DNA of 64,000 nucleotides, taken from Acidobacteriota bacterium (GTDB lineage: Bacteria > Acidobacteriota > UBA6911 > RPQK01 > JAJDTT01). Positions 1 to 10,772 of the stretch are shown piece by piece. A program made the translations under genes and the position numbers. The stretch is from the NCBI GenBank assembly GCA_965217775.1, contig CBDCJH010000002.1:2912001-2976000 (forward strand). The letters run 5' to 3'. How positions within the stretch are numbered: position 1 is the first letter of the stretch; every line of letters starts with the position of its first letter. The notes beneath the pieces were generated by a model. The model worked only from the letters and a program-made list of their open reading frames with translations. It ran no database searches and was not told where the DNA came from.

Positions 1-3000
1 TGTTCGACAGCCGTCGGACGGCCTTCGGCGGGGAAATCCTCGAAGCCACGGCCGGAGCCGGCGTCGATGTGGTGTTGAACAGCCTGACGGGAGAGGGCTT
101 CATCGACGCGAGCCTCTCCTGCCTGGCGCAAGGCGGCCGGTTCGTGGAGTTGGCCCGGCGGGACATCCTGAGCGAGGAGGAAATGGCGGCGGTGCGTCCC
201 GACGTGTCCTACTCCATCCTCGATCTGGACGGCTTGAAGAAGCGCGAACCGGCAAGGCCGGGAGCGGCCCTGAAACGCGTGATGGGTCAGTTGGCGGCGG
301 GAGAGGTGACACCGCTTCGCCTCGTCCGGTGGCCGCTGTCCGAAGCGCGAGCCGCCATGAGATTCATGCGCGCTGCCCGGCACCTGGGAAAGATCGTCTT
401 GACCACTTCGCCGCTCGCCCGGGGCCGGTTGAGGGACGACCGGACCTATCTGGTGACCGGCGGTCTGGGCGGGATCGGTTGCGCCTTGGCCGAATGGCTC
501 ACCGACCGGGGAGCGGGAGCGATCGTTTTGAACGGTCGGCGGCCGCCGGACGAGGGCGCGGAGAAAGTGATCGGCGCCCTCAGGAACCGAGGAGCGACGG
601 TGCGGGTGGAGCTCGCGGATGTGACGGACGCCGGCGCCGTAGAGGAAATGCTGGCGCGAATGGATCGGGAGCTGCCTCCCCTCGGGGGCGTGATCCACAG
701 CGTGGGCGTGCTGTCGGATCAGTCGCTCGGGAACCAGAGTTGGGACCGGTTCGAGCAAGTGCTCCGGCCCAAGGTAATGGGCGCATGGCATCTGCACCGG
801 GCGACCCTGGACCGGGATCCGGACCTGTTCGTCCTCTTCTCCAGCGTCGCCGGCGTTCTGGGCAATCCGGGCCAGGCGAACCATTCGGCGGCCAACGCAT
901 TCCTCGATCAACTCGCCGGCCATCGCCGGGCGTTGGGGCTCCCCGGACAGGCTATCGCCTGGGGAGCGTGGTCGGGGCTGGGTGAAGCCGAGGAACACCG
1001 GGAGCGGATCGCCCGCCAGTTGGAGGCATCGGGAACCGGCTGGATCAGCCCGCAGCAGGGTCTGCGGGCATTCGAGCGCCTGGTACGCGACGACGTCACG
1101 GCAGCCCTGGTGGCGGCGGTGGACTGGCCGGTTTACGGACAAGCCGTCGACGGGCGCCCGCCACTGCTGGAGGACCTGCTGTCCGATGTCGCGGAAACGG
1201 GGGCCGACTCGCCGGCTTTGGCCGGCGGCCTCATTTCCCGGCTGCGGAAGGCGCCGCCGGCAGCGCGCGAGGAGCTGCTGGTGTCCTTCCTGCGGCAGGA
1301 AGTACAGGCGGTGCTCAGGCTCCCGGCGTCGCCGGCGCCGACGGCGGCATTCTCCGATCTCGGGATGGACTCGCTGATGGCGGTGGAGCTGAGGAACCGG
1401 CTGAGCCGGGCGTTCTCCGGGGAGTACGCGGCGCCCAACACCATCGTGTTCGATTACCCGGACATTTCCGGACTCGCCGGCCATCTGGCCGTGGAACTTG
1501 GCCTGGCAGCCCGTGGCAAACGTCGTCACGGCATTCGACCGTCCCTGCTGGCCGGTCGCGAGGAAGCCCCACCGGCTCAACCCGAGCCGGAGCCCCGGGC
1601 CGCGGTGCAGAGCAAGGACGACGGTATCGCGATTGTGGGCATGGCCTGCCGGTTCCCTGGCGCCCCGGACCTTCCCGCCTTTTGGCGGCAACTCGAAGCG
1701 GGCGTGGACGCAGTGACCGACGGCCGCCAGGATTCGGGGCCCTGGTCCGGCGTCGCCGGAGATCCCGAGTCTCCGGATGCGGCGTCGCGGCGGGGTGGAT
1801 TCGTCGAGGACATCGACCGTTTCGACTCGAGGTTCTTCCGAATCGCGCCGATCGAGGCGCGGATGATGGATCCGCGGCAGCGGCTATTGCTGGAGACGAC
1901 TTGGCACGCGCTGGAAGACGCGGGTATCGATCCCGAAGGGTTGAAGGGAAGCCGCACCAGCGTATATGTCGGAGTGGGTAACGGAGACTACCGGGATCTG
2001 GCCACGGCCAGTGGCGAGGCTCACGGGTATCTCGGCACCTCCATGAGCGTGGCCGCCGGGCGGATCGCCTTCGTATTGGGACTCGCCGGCCCGGCAGTAC
2101 CACTGGACTTGGGGTGTGCTTCGTCCCTGGTGGCGGCCCATCAGGCCGCTGGCGCCTTGCAACAGAAGGAAACGGATCTGGCTCTCGTTGGCGGCGTCAA
2201 CGCGGTTCTTTCGCCCGCGGTCACGACATTCATGCGGGAGTCCGGGATGCTCTCGGAGAGCGGCAGGTGCCGGACCTTCGACGCCGGGGCCGACGGATTC
2301 GTCCGGGGTGAGGGTTGCGGCATGATCGTTCTGAAGCGGTTGAGCGAAGCAACGGCCGCCGGGGATCGAATCTGGGGCGTGATCCGTGGATCGGCCGTGA
2401 ACCAGAATGGGCCGAGCGCGGGATTGATCATCCCGAACGGGCCGGCTCAGGAACGGGTGATCGAGGAAGCGCTGTCGCGGGCGGGAGTCTCGCCGGCTGC
2501 GGTGGATTACCTGGAGGCGCATGGAGGCGGTTCGAATCTGGGTGATCCGATCGAGGTCCTGGCAGCGGCAGCCGTCTACGGCAGGGGACGGGAAGCGGAA
2601 CGTCCTCTGCTGCTGGGTTCGGTAAAAACGAACATCGGCCATCTGGAGTGCGCGGCGGGGATTGCCAGCCTGATCAAGGTCGTGCTCGCCATGAACCACG
2701 GTGTCATTCCGAGACATCTTCATTTCCGCGACCCGACCCCGCACCTGGACTGGGACCAACTCCCGGTGCGAGTGACGTCCCAGGCGACGGCTTGGCCGCT
2801 TGGTGCCGATCGGAGACCGCGCGCGGGAGTGAGTTCGTTCGGCCTCTCGGGAATCAACGCGCACCTCCTGGTGGAGGGTCACGGCAGGCCGGATGGCGAC
2901 TCTGCCACACTCGACGAAGAACGCGTTCCCGTAGGTCCCGCTCGGACCGTTGCCGTTTCCCGGCCGGCGCCGGCGGTGGACCTGCCTCCTTCAACCGGCG

Positions 3001-4217
3001 ATCCGGCTCCTCGCTCCAAACGGATCCTGCCCCTCTCCGGCAAGTCGGACCTGGCGCTCCGGGACCTGTCGAAGCGGTACCTCGCTTGGCTCGAACAGCG
3101 CGCCGGCGAGTTCTCTTCCGATCCCGCCGTACCGGATCCAGTGCTTTCGGACGCGGCTTGGACGGCCGGCGTGGGACGGAGCCACTTCCAGCACCGGGCC
3201 GGTATCGTATTTCAGGATTCCAGGTCGTTGCGGGACGGGCTGATGGCGCTCCCGGAGATCGATGCAGGGACGGAACCTGACACGGTGCCGAGGGTGGCCT
3301 TCGCCTACGCCGGATGGAGCAGCCAGTGGTTCGGGATGGGAAGGAATCTTTACGAGAGCGAGCCGGTGGTCCGCGCCGTATTGGATCGCTGCGACTCGTT
3401 GCTCCGGGAGGTAAGAAGAGGAGGTTCGTTGCTGGGCGTCCTGTTCGGCCGAACGGCCGCCGGCGGGGATTTCACCGACCCGATATGGGCGGAACCAGCG
3501 GTCTACGCACTGGAATGTGCGCTCACCGCGTTGTGGTCCAGCGTGGGGATCCGGCCCAGCATCGTGGCAGGGGCCGGTATCGGCGAGTTGGCGGCGGCCC
3601 AGGCGGCTGCGGTTTTCAGCTTGGAGGAGGGACTCCGGTTGGCGGCGGAGCGGGGCTCGGTGACGGCGGAGTTGCGGCGAGAGGGGCGAGCAGCGTCGCC
3701 GGTGGATGGTCCGGACGCGGCCTTTCGAGAATTCACGTTTGCGCCGCCGTCGCTCGTCCTGGTCAGCGGTGCGACAGGCCGTGCCGTGGAGTCGGCCGAC
3801 CTGACGGACCACGCCTATTGGCGCCGGCAGGCACAGGAACCGGCGGGTCTCGGCCCCTGCGGCGGGACGCTGGCGAACCTTGGAGCCGAGGTGGTGGTGG
3901 AGATCAGTCCCGACGCCGTGCTGGCGCCGACTGGAGTCCGGTCTGGGGCCGGTTCGGACGGTGGACCCGAGTCGACCCGTGCGCCGGTGGTGCTCCGGAG
4001 CCTGCGGCGCCCGTCCGGAACCGAGGCCGCGGCGGAGTTTGACGACGGCTTCGTAGAGGCCGTCGCGGGAGCTTACGAGGCGGGTCTACCGGTAGCCTTC
4101 GCCGGACTCTTCGCGGGCGAGGTGCGGCGCCGGGTTTCCCTGCCGATCTATCCGTTCCAACGCCGGCGCCACTGGTTCAAAACGCCGGTGCGGGCTGCAT
4201 CCGGCTCCGGACATTGA
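1..4217 (+). CDS. Type I polyketide synthase, 5'-truncated by the window edge (ER C-terminal part - KR - ACP - KS - degenerate AT); SupA-like
   Basis: Frame is open from base 3 ([30 protein letters not shown]). KR motif [10 protein letters not shown]; ACP motif [13 protein letters not shown]; KS motifs [27 protein letters not shown]; AT region has GAGIG in place of GHSxG; ends [12 protein letters not shown]. Confidence 0.93.
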   Translation, partial: FDSRRTAFGGEILEATAGAGVDVVLNSLTGEGFIDASLSCLAQGGRFVELARRDILSEEEMAAVRPDVSYSILDLDGLKKREPARPGAALKRVMGQLAAGEVTPLRLVRWPLSEARAAMRFMRAARHLGKIVLTTSPLARGRLRDDRTYLVTGGLGGIGCALAEWLTDRGAGAIVLNGRRPPDEGAEKVIGALRNRGATVRVELADVTDAGAVEEMLARMDRELPPLGGVIHSVGVLSDQSLGNQSWDRFEQVLRPKVMGAWHLHRATLDRDPDLFVLFSSVAGVLGNPGQANHSAANAFLDQLAGHRRALGLPGQAIAWGAWSGLGEAEEHRERIARQLEASGTGWISPQQGLRAFERLVRDDVTAALVAAVDWPVYGQAVDGRPPLLEDLLSDVAETGADSPALAGGLISRLRKAPPAAREELLVSFLRQEVQAVLRLPASPAPTAAFSDLGMDSLMAVELRNRLSRAFSGEYAAPNTIVFDYPDISGLAGHLAVELGLAARGKRRHGIRPSLLAGREEAPPAQPEPEPRAAVQSKDDGIAIVGMACRFPGAPDLPAFWRQLEAGVDAVTDGRQDSGPWSGVAGDPESPDAASRRGGFVEDIDRFDSRFFRIAPIEARMMDPRQRLLLETTWHALEDAGIDPEGLKGSRTSVYVGVGNGDYRDLATASGEAHGYLGTSMSVAAGRIAFVLGLAGPAVPLDLGCASSLVAAHQAAGALQQKETDLALVGGVNAVLSPAVTTFMRESGMLSESGRCRTFDAGADGFVRGEGCGMIVLKRLSEATAAGDRIWGVIRGSAVNQNGPSAGLIIPNGPAQERVIEEALSRAGVSPAAVDYLEAHGGGSNLGDPIEVLAAAAVYGRGREAERPLLLGSVKTNIGHLECAAGIASLIKVVLAMNHGVIPRHLHFRDPTPHLDWDQLPVRVTSQATAWPLGADRRPRAGVSSFGLSGINAHLLVEGHGRPDGDSATLDEERVPVGPARTVAVSRPAPAVDLPPSTGDPAPRSKRILPLSGKSDLALRDLSKRYLAWLEQRAGEFSSDPAVPDPVLSDAAWTAGVGRSHFQHRAGIVFQDSRSLRDGLMALPEIDAGTEPDTVPRVAFAYAGWSSQWFGMGRNLYESEPVVRAVLDRCDSLLREVRRGGSLLGVLFGRTAAGGDFTDPIWAEPAVYALECALTALWSSVGIRPSIVAGAGIGELAAAQAAAVFSLEEGLRLAAERGSVTAELRREGRAASPVDGPDAAFREFTFAPPSLVLVSGATGRAVESADLTDHAYWRRQAQEPAGLGPCGGTLANLGAEVVVEISPDAVLAPTGVRSGAGSDGGPESTRAPVVLRSLRRPSGTEAAAEFDDGFVEAVAGAYEAGLPVAFAGLFAGEVRRRVSLPIYPFQRRRHWFKTPVRAASGSGH
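1503..1548 (+). repeat. Family A MITE left-end fragment, in frame inside the PKS ACP-KS linker
   Basis: CTGGCAGCCCGTGGCAAACGTCGTCACGGCATTCGACCGTCCCTGC matches the first ~46 nt of the full copies at 4759, 43368 and 57700; encodes [15 protein letters not shown]. Confidence 0.85.
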
Positions 4218-4372
4218 CGCGTTCTTCGAGGCAATTTCGAAGCGGCTACAGCCGGCCTGGACCCGATCCCGGCACCGATTCGGCAGGTGTGCGATTCATT
4301 GACGCAATGGCCTGAACTTGCTAATCTTCCAGCCATCTCAAGGTTGCGAATCTAGCTAAAGGATTCCCCCAA

Positions 4373-4618
4373 ATGGTCTCTATCGAGGAACGTCTTCGAC
4401 AACTCGTCGACGAGAACCTGGAGGTAGACGGTCGGCCGTTGGGCCGACCCCTGGATCTGACGACCAACCTCATTGCGGCCGGCGTGTCCTCGATGGATAC
4501 CGTTGCGTTCATGCAGTTGGTCGCTAAAGATTTCAACATCGCGATTCCTCCCGAAGAGTGTTCGAAGATTCGTTCCGTCGGGATGTTGATCGAATACCTC
4601 GATAACCACGCCCAGTGA
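4373..4618 (+). CDS. Stand-alone acyl carrier protein (SupB-like)
   Basis: 81 aa, acidic, with a GVSSMD phosphopantetheine-site-like motif and an ACP-like C-terminus (IRSVGMLIEYLD); directly downstream of the PKS. Confidence 0.85.
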   Translation: MVSIEERLRQLVDENLEVDGRPLGRPLDLTTNLIAAGVSSMDTVAFMQLVAKDFNIAIPPEECSKIRSVGMLIEYLDNHAQ

Positions 4619-4758
4619 ACGCGCTTGAATCCGGAAGGGGTCCGCTACTGGAGCAACGGCCACCGACCTTGTGACCGTCCGCCGGGACATTGCCGGCAGG
4701 GAAGCTTCCCCCCTTGTTTCTGAAGCTCCGGACATTCAAGGAAGCTCTGATCAAGGCT

Positions 4759-4924
4759 CTAGCAGCCCGTGGCAAAAGTCATCACGGCATTCGGCCGTCC
4801 CTGCATCCCGGCGGACGGCGTTGCGATTCGGGCACATACTCCCGGTATGCACCCGAATCGCGCCTTGTCCGGCGGGCGCAGGAACGGTCTCGGTGCTCGC
4901 GGGACTTTCACCACGGACTGCTAG
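4759..4924 (+). mobile_element. Family A MITE, full copy
   Basis: CTAG-CAGCCCGTGGCAAAAGTC ... GACTTTCACCACGGACTG-CTAG; imperfect TIRs with identical CTAG flanks; 166 bp including flanks. Confidence 0.88.
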
Positions 4925-4987
4925 GCGTGGGCTTTTCTTTGGATGTCTCCCGTTTCCAGATCCGGTCGGCCTTACGCCGGGGTATGA

Positions 4988-5524
4988 CGAGCAGCCAGTG
5001 GAAGCGAATTCTCGGCGTGCGTCCTGTTTGATCCGCCGCTGTGCAAGCCGGATGACAGCTACGAAAACTTCGATCGGGCCGCGATGCGCGTGGCCGCCAT
5101 GACCCGGCGCCGCACGGATCGGTTTAAAACCAGGGAGGCGTTCGCCGGCTTTCTTCCCTACTTGCCAGTCTTCGAACGCGTGATGCCGGGAGTTTTCGAT
5201 CTCGTGGCCAGGACGACGCTCCGTGAAGCTGCCGGCGGGAAGGAATATGTGCTGAGATGCCCGCCTGAATTCGAAGCGCAACTCGTAGATTACGCTCGTG
5301 CGTTTGCCGTGCTGGTGGACTTCGAAGCTTTTCGCTGCCCGACCAAGGTCATCGGAGCCGACCCGACCTTACCCTACTCGTATCTGCCGACGATGGAGCT
5401 GAGCAATATTCTGACCGTCGATTACGATTTCATACCGGAAGCGACACACTTGCTGCAACTGGAACAACCGCAGGAGTGTGTCGCGGCAATGCGTGAATTC
5501 ATCGATCCCATCATTCGCGGGTGA
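4988..5524 (+). pseudogene. N-terminally truncated alpha/beta-hydrolase fold protein
   Basis: Frame is open from just after the TGA at 4985 (SGSEFSACVLFDPPLC...) and ends with a typical hydrolase C-terminus (IPEATHLLQLEQPQEC). No nucleophile-elbow region or start codon is found upstream; the MITE lies about 60 bp upstream. Confidence 0.6.
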
Positions 5525-5697
5525 TTTGCATGGCCAGCTTTGGGCTGCCCGCGTCCGGCGTATCGAAATCCGGATTCGCGTGACGCCGGGCGGAGTCGAG
5601 GACTGGGAACGAATATAATTCGAGCTCGGGTGCCTGCCGGTGGAAGTACCGAGACCCACCGTGCACGCGTCCGGCCCGGAGTAAAGAATCCCCTTCC

Positions 5698-5726
5698 TTG
5701 AATCAGCCGGGGAACGATCTTATTTT
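5698..5726 (+). promoter_or_regulatory. Putative sigma70-type promoter for dnaJ
   Basis: TTGAAT-N17-TATTTT about 70 bp upstream of the TTG start. Confidence 0.35.
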
Positions 5727-5796
5727 AGAAGCTACCGTCGACTCATCGGAAATCGCGACTCCCATGTGACTCCGATGGGAGAGGGAGAAAGCCGCT

Positions 5797-6909
5797 TTGT
5801 CAAAAAGAGACTATTACGAAGTGCTGGGTGTGGATCGGCAGGCCACGCAGCAGGACCTGAAGGCAGCGTACCGTAAACTCGCCATCAGGTACCATCCGGA
5901 CAAGAATCCCGGAAACAAACAGGCCGAAGAACGTTTCAAAGAGGCCGCCGAAGCCTACAGCGTTCTGGTCGACCCGCAGAAGCGCGCCCAATACGATCGT
6001 TTTGGCCACGCCGGTGTGAGCGGCGCCGGGGGCGGTGGATCCAGCGGCGATCCCTTCGCCGACTTCAGCGATATCCTGGGCGATCTCTTCGGTTTCGGCG
6101 ACATCTTCGGCGGCGGACGCTCCGGCCGCGGGACACGGGCCCGCCGCGGCGCCGATCTGAGGTACGATTTCAGAATCTCATTCGAGGACGCCGTCTTCGG
6201 AGCCACGACCAAGATCAAGATCCCCAGACAAGAGACCTGCGATTCCTGCAACGGCTCGGGCGCCGACTCCGGGACCGGTCCCGTCACCTGCCCCGCCTGT
6301 CAGGGTCGGGGCCAGCAGCGTTACCAGCAGGGCTTCTTCACCATCAGCCGCACCTGTTCCCATTGCCAGGGCTCGGGACGGATCGTCAAGAACCGGTGCC
6401 GCCGGTGTCGCGGGGCGGGGCGGGTTCAGCGGGAGAAGGTCCTGGAGATCAAGATTCCGCCCGGCGTCGACCAAGGGTCGAAACTGCGCATCGTCGGCGA
6501 AGGAGAGGCCGGCCCCAACAAGGGACCTTCAGGAGACCTCTATGTGGTCCTTTCCGTGGAGGAACACCCCTTCTTCCGCCGGGATCAGAACGACCTCTAC
6601 TGCGAGCTTCCGGTGAGTTTCGTTCAGGCTGCGCTGGGGACCGAACTGGTGGTCCCGACTTTGGAGGGGACGGAAAAATTGCGGCTGCCGGAAGGAACTC
6701 AGCCCGGTACGGTATTCCGCCTCCGAGGCCGAGGGGTCGTGAGTCCCCGGGGACACGGCCGGGGAGATCAGTTCGTCAAGGTGAAGGTCACCTTTCCGAG
6801 GCGGCTGAGCCGGGAACAACGGGAGTTGCTGCTCCAGTTGGACACGCTTGAGGAGTCGGGCCCGGACAAGGAGGGCTTCTTCGGCAAGGTCAAGGAAGTG
6901 TTCGGGTGA
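5797..6909 (+). CDS. dnaJ: Molecular chaperone DnaJ
   Basis: J-domain with HPD, G/F-rich region, four CxxCxGxG repeats and C-terminal domain; TTG start after GGGAGA. Confidence 0.97.
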   Translation: MSKRDYYEVLGVDRQATQQDLKAAYRKLAIRYHPDKNPGNKQAEERFKEAAEAYSVLVDPQKRAQYDRFGHAGVSGAGGGGSSGDPFADFSDILGDLFGFGDIFGGGRSGRGTRARRGADLRYDFRISFEDAVFGATTKIKIPRQETCDSCNGSGADSGTGPVTCPACQGRGQQRYQQGFFTISRTCSHCQGSGRIVKNRCRRCRGAGRVQREKVLEIKIPPGVDQGSKLRIVGEGEAGPNKGPSGDLYVVLSVEEHPFFRRDQNDLYCELPVSFVQAALGTELVVPTLEGTEKLRLPEGTQPGTVFRLRGRGVVSPRGHGRGDQFVKVKVTFPRRLSREQRELLLQLDTLEESGPDKEGFFGKVKEVFG

Positions 6910-6991
6910 CAGTCCGGCGCTCATTCATTGCCCGCAGGCCCACATCAAGCTGCGGTTGACTCGCCTCGGAGGCGTCCATACACTCCCCCGG

Positions 6992-7861
6992 ATGAAACGG
7001 ATCGCGGTCCTGCCGGCTCTCGTCCTTCTCTCCGGATCCCTGTTTGCTCAGCAGCGTCCACTGATCACCGAACCCGCCAGCACCGTCCCCGAAGGAATGA
7101 CCCGCTTCGGACTCGGTTTCGAGTACTTCCAGGACGCCACTTTCCGGCTCTCGGGACTGAAGGGGAACCTCACCCGCGCCGGCATCTGCGATCTGCGCTT
7201 TGGGGTCGGCCCCAGAGCCGAGCTCCGCATGGGCTGGACCATGCAGGATTTTCTCGGCATTTCCGAGAGGTTCCCGGCTCCCCATACCGAAAGACTCGCC
7301 TTCTCGGGCAACTCGACCAGCGACTATGGAGACCTTTTCGTCGGCTCCAAGGTCCGTTTCCTGGATGAGAAAAACGGTTGGCCGGCAATGAGCCTGCACT
7401 TCCTGGCCCAGATTCCCATCGCTTCGAACGAAACCGGCATCGGAAATGACGTTACGAACATCTTCTCTGCCCTCGTATTGGAGCGGCACTTCGGCCGTCT
7501 GAAGAGCTTCATCAATATGGGTCTGGCCCTCCTGGGAGATCCCTTGGATGCGGCGGCACAGGATGACCTGGTTTTGTACGGGATCGGGATGGCCTACCCG
7601 GTCACTTCCAAGATAAACCTGGTAGGCGATTTCTACGGAAGGGCCGGTTCCGGCCGTCACACCGGAATCCCGGTGTCACCCGACATCATTGCCAGTCGAT
7701 CAGGTATCGGGACGGAGCAACAAAAGAGGCTGCGGGTGGCCCTGCAGATTCGGCTCGGTGGACTCTACTTGGATCTGGGCGCCTTTGCCGGCTTACGAGA
7801 CACGGACCCCTCCTCCGGCGTGGTCTTCGGACTGTCGAAGGAGTTCAAGTCCCCGTTCTAG
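6992..7861 (+). CDS. Secreted / outer-membrane beta-barrel-like hypothetical protein
   Basis: Signal peptide MKRIAVLPALVLLSGSLFA, then QQRPLITE, amphipathic strands and a terminal Phe. Confidence 0.65.
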   Translation: MKRIAVLPALVLLSGSLFAQQRPLITEPASTVPEGMTRFGLGFEYFQDATFRLSGLKGNLTRAGICDLRFGVGPRAELRMGWTMQDFLGISERFPAPHTERLAFSGNSTSDYGDLFVGSKVRFLDEKNGWPAMSLHFLAQIPIASNETGIGNDVTNIFSALVLERHFGRLKSFINMGLALLGDPLDAAAQDDLVLYGIGMAYPVTSKINLVGDFYGRAGSGRHTGIPVSPDIIASRSGIGTEQQKRLRVALQIRLGGLYLDLGAFAGLRDTDPSSGVVFGLSKEFKSPF

Positions 7862-7882
7862 CGGATCGCCGAGAAGCGAACC

Positions 7883-10588
7883 TCAACTACAGCCTGAAGT
7901 GGTGCCGCAGACGGTGCAGATGTAGCAGTTTCCGTTTCGCTGCATCAGGTTTCCGCACTGGAGGCAGGCAGGCGAGTCCGCCTGAACGTCCTGAACCAGC
8001 TTTCCTGACGGGCTGGCCGGTTCGGCAGACCGGGAGTACTCGGAAAAACTCACCTGGACGCCATCCTGGACGCTTCCGTTGGGCTGAACCTGGTGGATGC
8101 CAAGCGCCTCCTGGATCTCGGTGTCGAGGAATCGACTCGCCAAGTACCGGACCACGTAGTCGGGAATGGAGGTCGCGAACGGAATCTGGGGATTGTCGGT
8201 GAATCCAGCCGGCTCGAAGCTCATGTGGGAGAACATCCGGACATAGTCCTCCAGCGGCACTCCGCGTTGAACCCCCATGGAAATGGCGATGGCCCAAGCC
8301 ATGGCCATGCCCTGCAGCGTGGAACCTTGCTTCGAGAAATTGACGAATATTTCGCCCAATTCTTCGTCTTCCGGATACATCCCCATGGTCAGGAAACCCT
8401 TGAAACCACGGATTCGGAATTCGTGCTGTAGCGCCGGGTGATCCTTGGGCATGTTCCGGTGCTGAGCCGCGAGGCCCTGGCGGCCGCTGTCCTTGGTCGA
8501 AAGCGGCTGGACCAGCTTGCATCCGTCCCGGTAGATGGAAACGGACTTCATCCCGTGTTTCCAGCCCTGGATATAGGCATCCTTGATCTCTTCGACCGTG
8601 GCCGTATTGGGCAGGTTGACGGTCTTGGAAATCGCTCCGGAGAGGAAGGGCTGTACGGCGCCGCACATCTTGATGTGCCCCATGGGATGAATGGAACGGA
8701 CCCCCTTTGCCGGAGTGTCCGCGCAATCGAACACGGGGAGATGGTCCCTCACCAGGTTGGGCGCACCCTCTACCGTATCTTTCCGGTTGATGTAGTCCAG
8801 AATCGCCTTCTGCTCCCCCTCGTCGTATCCTAGAGTCCGGAGCGCGCGGGGAATGGTGTGGTTGACGATCTTGAGGGTGCCTCCGCCGACCAGCTTCTTG
8901 ATCTTCATCAGTGAGAAGTCCGGCTCGATGCCGGTGGTGTCGCAATCCATCATGAAGGCGATGGTTCCCGTCGGCGCCAGCAGAGTCACCTGTGCGTTCC
9001 GGAAGCCCGATTGAGTCCCCTTCTCGATGGCTTCGTCCCAAACTTCCATGCCGGCGTGAAGCAGGTTCATGGGCACCAGGGCCGAATCGATCTGGGAGAG
9101 GGCGCTCCGGTGCTTGTGGATGACACCCATCATGGGAATACGGTTGCTTTCGAAGCCGGCGAACGTCCCCATGCGCTCGGCGATCCGGGCGCTGGTCAAG
9201 TAGGCCTGTCCCGTCATCAGCGCGGCGATGGCGGCGGCCGTGTTCCGCGCCTGGTCGCTGTCGTAGGGCAGACCCTGCGCCATCAGGTACGCGCCCAGAT
9301 TCGCGTATCCCAAACCCAACGTCCTGAAGTCGTGACTGATCTCTTCGATCTCTTCGGTGGGATAGCTGGAGTTGTCGACGATGATCTCCTGGGCCAGGAT
9401 CAGGACGGATACGGCATGGCGGAAGGACTTGGTGTCGAACTGTCCGTCCGGCTTCAGGAACTTCATCAAGTTCAGAGAGGACAGATTGCATGCCGAGTTG
9501 TCGAGGAAGACGTACTCGGAGCAAGGATTGCAGGCATTGATGGGGCCGGCGTTGGGACTGGTGTGCCACTCGTTGAGAGTGGTCTTGAATTGCAGGCCGG
9601 GATCGCCGCACTGCCACGCCGCCTCGGCAATCCACTGCATCATATCGCCAGCCTTGTAGACGCGGTGGACCTTGCCGTCGGTGACCCGGCGAGTTCGCCA
9701 CTCGCCGTCCGCAATCACCGCTTTCATGAATTCATCCGTCACCCCGACGCTGTTGTTGGCATTCTGAAACTGGACGGACCGGTAGGCTTCACCATCGATG
9801 GAGTCGTCGTATCCCAACTCGATCAGTTGCTGAGCCTTCTTCTCTTCCTTGGCCTTGCACCAGATGTACTCCTCGATGTCGGGATGTTCGGCGTCCAGGA
9901 TGACCATCTTGGCGGCCCGGCGCGTTGCGCCGCCGCTCTTGATCGCTCCGGCGAAGCTGTCATATCCCCGCATGAAGGAGACGGGACCCGAGGCAAAGCC
10001 GCCGGCGGCGAGGGGTTCCGTGGAGGCACGGATCCTGGACAGGTTCACGCCGGAGCCTGACCCGCCCTTGAAAATGGTGGCTTCGGTCCGGGCCAGCTTC
10101 ATGATGTGCTCCATGGAATCGTCCACGGTGTTGATGAAGCAGGCAGAGCACTGGGGCTTCTTCCTGATCCCGACGTTGAACTGGACCGGCGAGTTGAACG
10201 CCGCCATCTGATGCAACAGCAGGTAGGTCAGCTCGTAGTTGAAGGTCTTGGCGCCCTGGTCCGAATCGAAATAATCCATCTTGGAACCCCAACCCGTGAT
10301 GGTGTCGACGATGCGCCCGATAAGCTGCTTGACGCTCCGCTCCCGCCCGGGGGTTCCCAGATGGCCGCGGAAGTACTTGCTGGAGACGATGTCGGTGGCC
10401 CGTTGGGACCAGAACTTGGGAAACTCCAGATCGTCTTGGCGGAAGCTGACCTTACCCGTCTTCCAATCCTTGATTTCAGCGGAACGAGTCTCCCATTCCA
10501 CGTCGTCGAAGGGATGGATGTCGGGTCTGGAGAAATGGTGCTCCAATCGAATGCGAGACCCAGATACCGCTTCCGCCAGCTTCCCCAT
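7883..10588 (-). CDS. nrdJ: Class II (adenosylcobalamin-dependent) ribonucleotide reductase
   Basis: FNSP, QCSACFI, GATRRAAKM, NPCSE catalytic motif, APTGT, C-terminal TSxPD domain and CxxC...CxxC...GCS tail. Confidence 0.96.
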   Translation of the reverse strand: MGKLAEAVSGSRIRLEHHFSRPDIHPFDDVEWETRSAEIKDWKTGKVSFRQDDLEFPKFWSQRATDIVSSKYFRGHLGTPGRERSVKQLIGRIVDTITGWGSKMDYFDSDQGAKTFNYELTYLLLHQMAAFNSPVQFNVGIRKKPQCSACFINTVDDSMEHIMKLARTEATIFKGGSGSGVNLSRIRASTEPLAAGGFASGPVSFMRGYDSFAGAIKSGGATRRAAKMVILDAEHPDIEEYIWCKAKEEKKAQQLIELGYDDSIDGEAYRSVQFQNANNSVGVTDEFMKAVIADGEWRTRRVTDGKVHRVYKAGDMMQWIAEAAWQCGDPGLQFKTTLNEWHTSPNAGPINACNPCSEYVFLDNSACNLSSLNLMKFLKPDGQFDTKSFRHAVSVLILAQEIIVDNSSYPTEEIEEISHDFRTLGLGYANLGAYLMAQGLPYDSDQARNTAAAIAALMTGQAYLTSARIAERMGTFAGFESNRIPMMGVIHKHRSALSQIDSALVPMNLLHAGMEVWDEAIEKGTQSGFRNAQVTLLAPTGTIAFMMDCDTTGIEPDFSLMKIKKLVGGGTLKIVNHTIPRALRTLGYDEGEQKAILDYINRKDTVEGAPNLVRDHLPVFDCADTPAKGVRSIHPMGHIKMCGAVQPFLSGAISKTVNLPNTATVEEIKDAYIQGWKHGMKSVSIYRDGCKLVQPLSTKDSGRQGLAAQHRNMPKDHPALQHEFRIRGFKGFLTMGMYPEDEELGEIFVNFSKQGSTLQGMAMAWAIAISMGVQRGVPLEDYVRMFSHMSFEPAGFTDNPQIPFATSIPDYVVRYLASRFLDTEIQEALGIHQVQPNGSVQDGVQVSFSEYSRSAEPASPSGKLVQDVQADSPACLQCGNLMQRNGNCYICTVCGTTSGCS

Positions 10589-10772
10589 ACTCCCCTCCCG
10601 AAAAACTGAATGATTGAATTCTAAAAAAAGTGCGCGGATTGTAGCAGGGGACTCTGACAGGTTGGGGAGCGGACGGTTATCGTGCCGTCCAAGGACCGAA
10701 GTGGCACCTCAGTTTCCTCCGATCGATTCCTTTGAGACCCGGCACCTTTGGCCTGGGACCAAAGATCGCCCC

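Noticed and set aside
4671-5102. Small ORFs spanning MITE copies (4671-5102, 4690-5031; likewise 43338-43650 and 62907-63182) as real genes
   Set aside because: They are translations of the repeat itself, with no RBS or domain support.
10589-10772. Cobalamin riboswitch or NrdR box upstream of nrdJ
   Set aside because: No B12-box or NrdR palindrome recognisable by eye.
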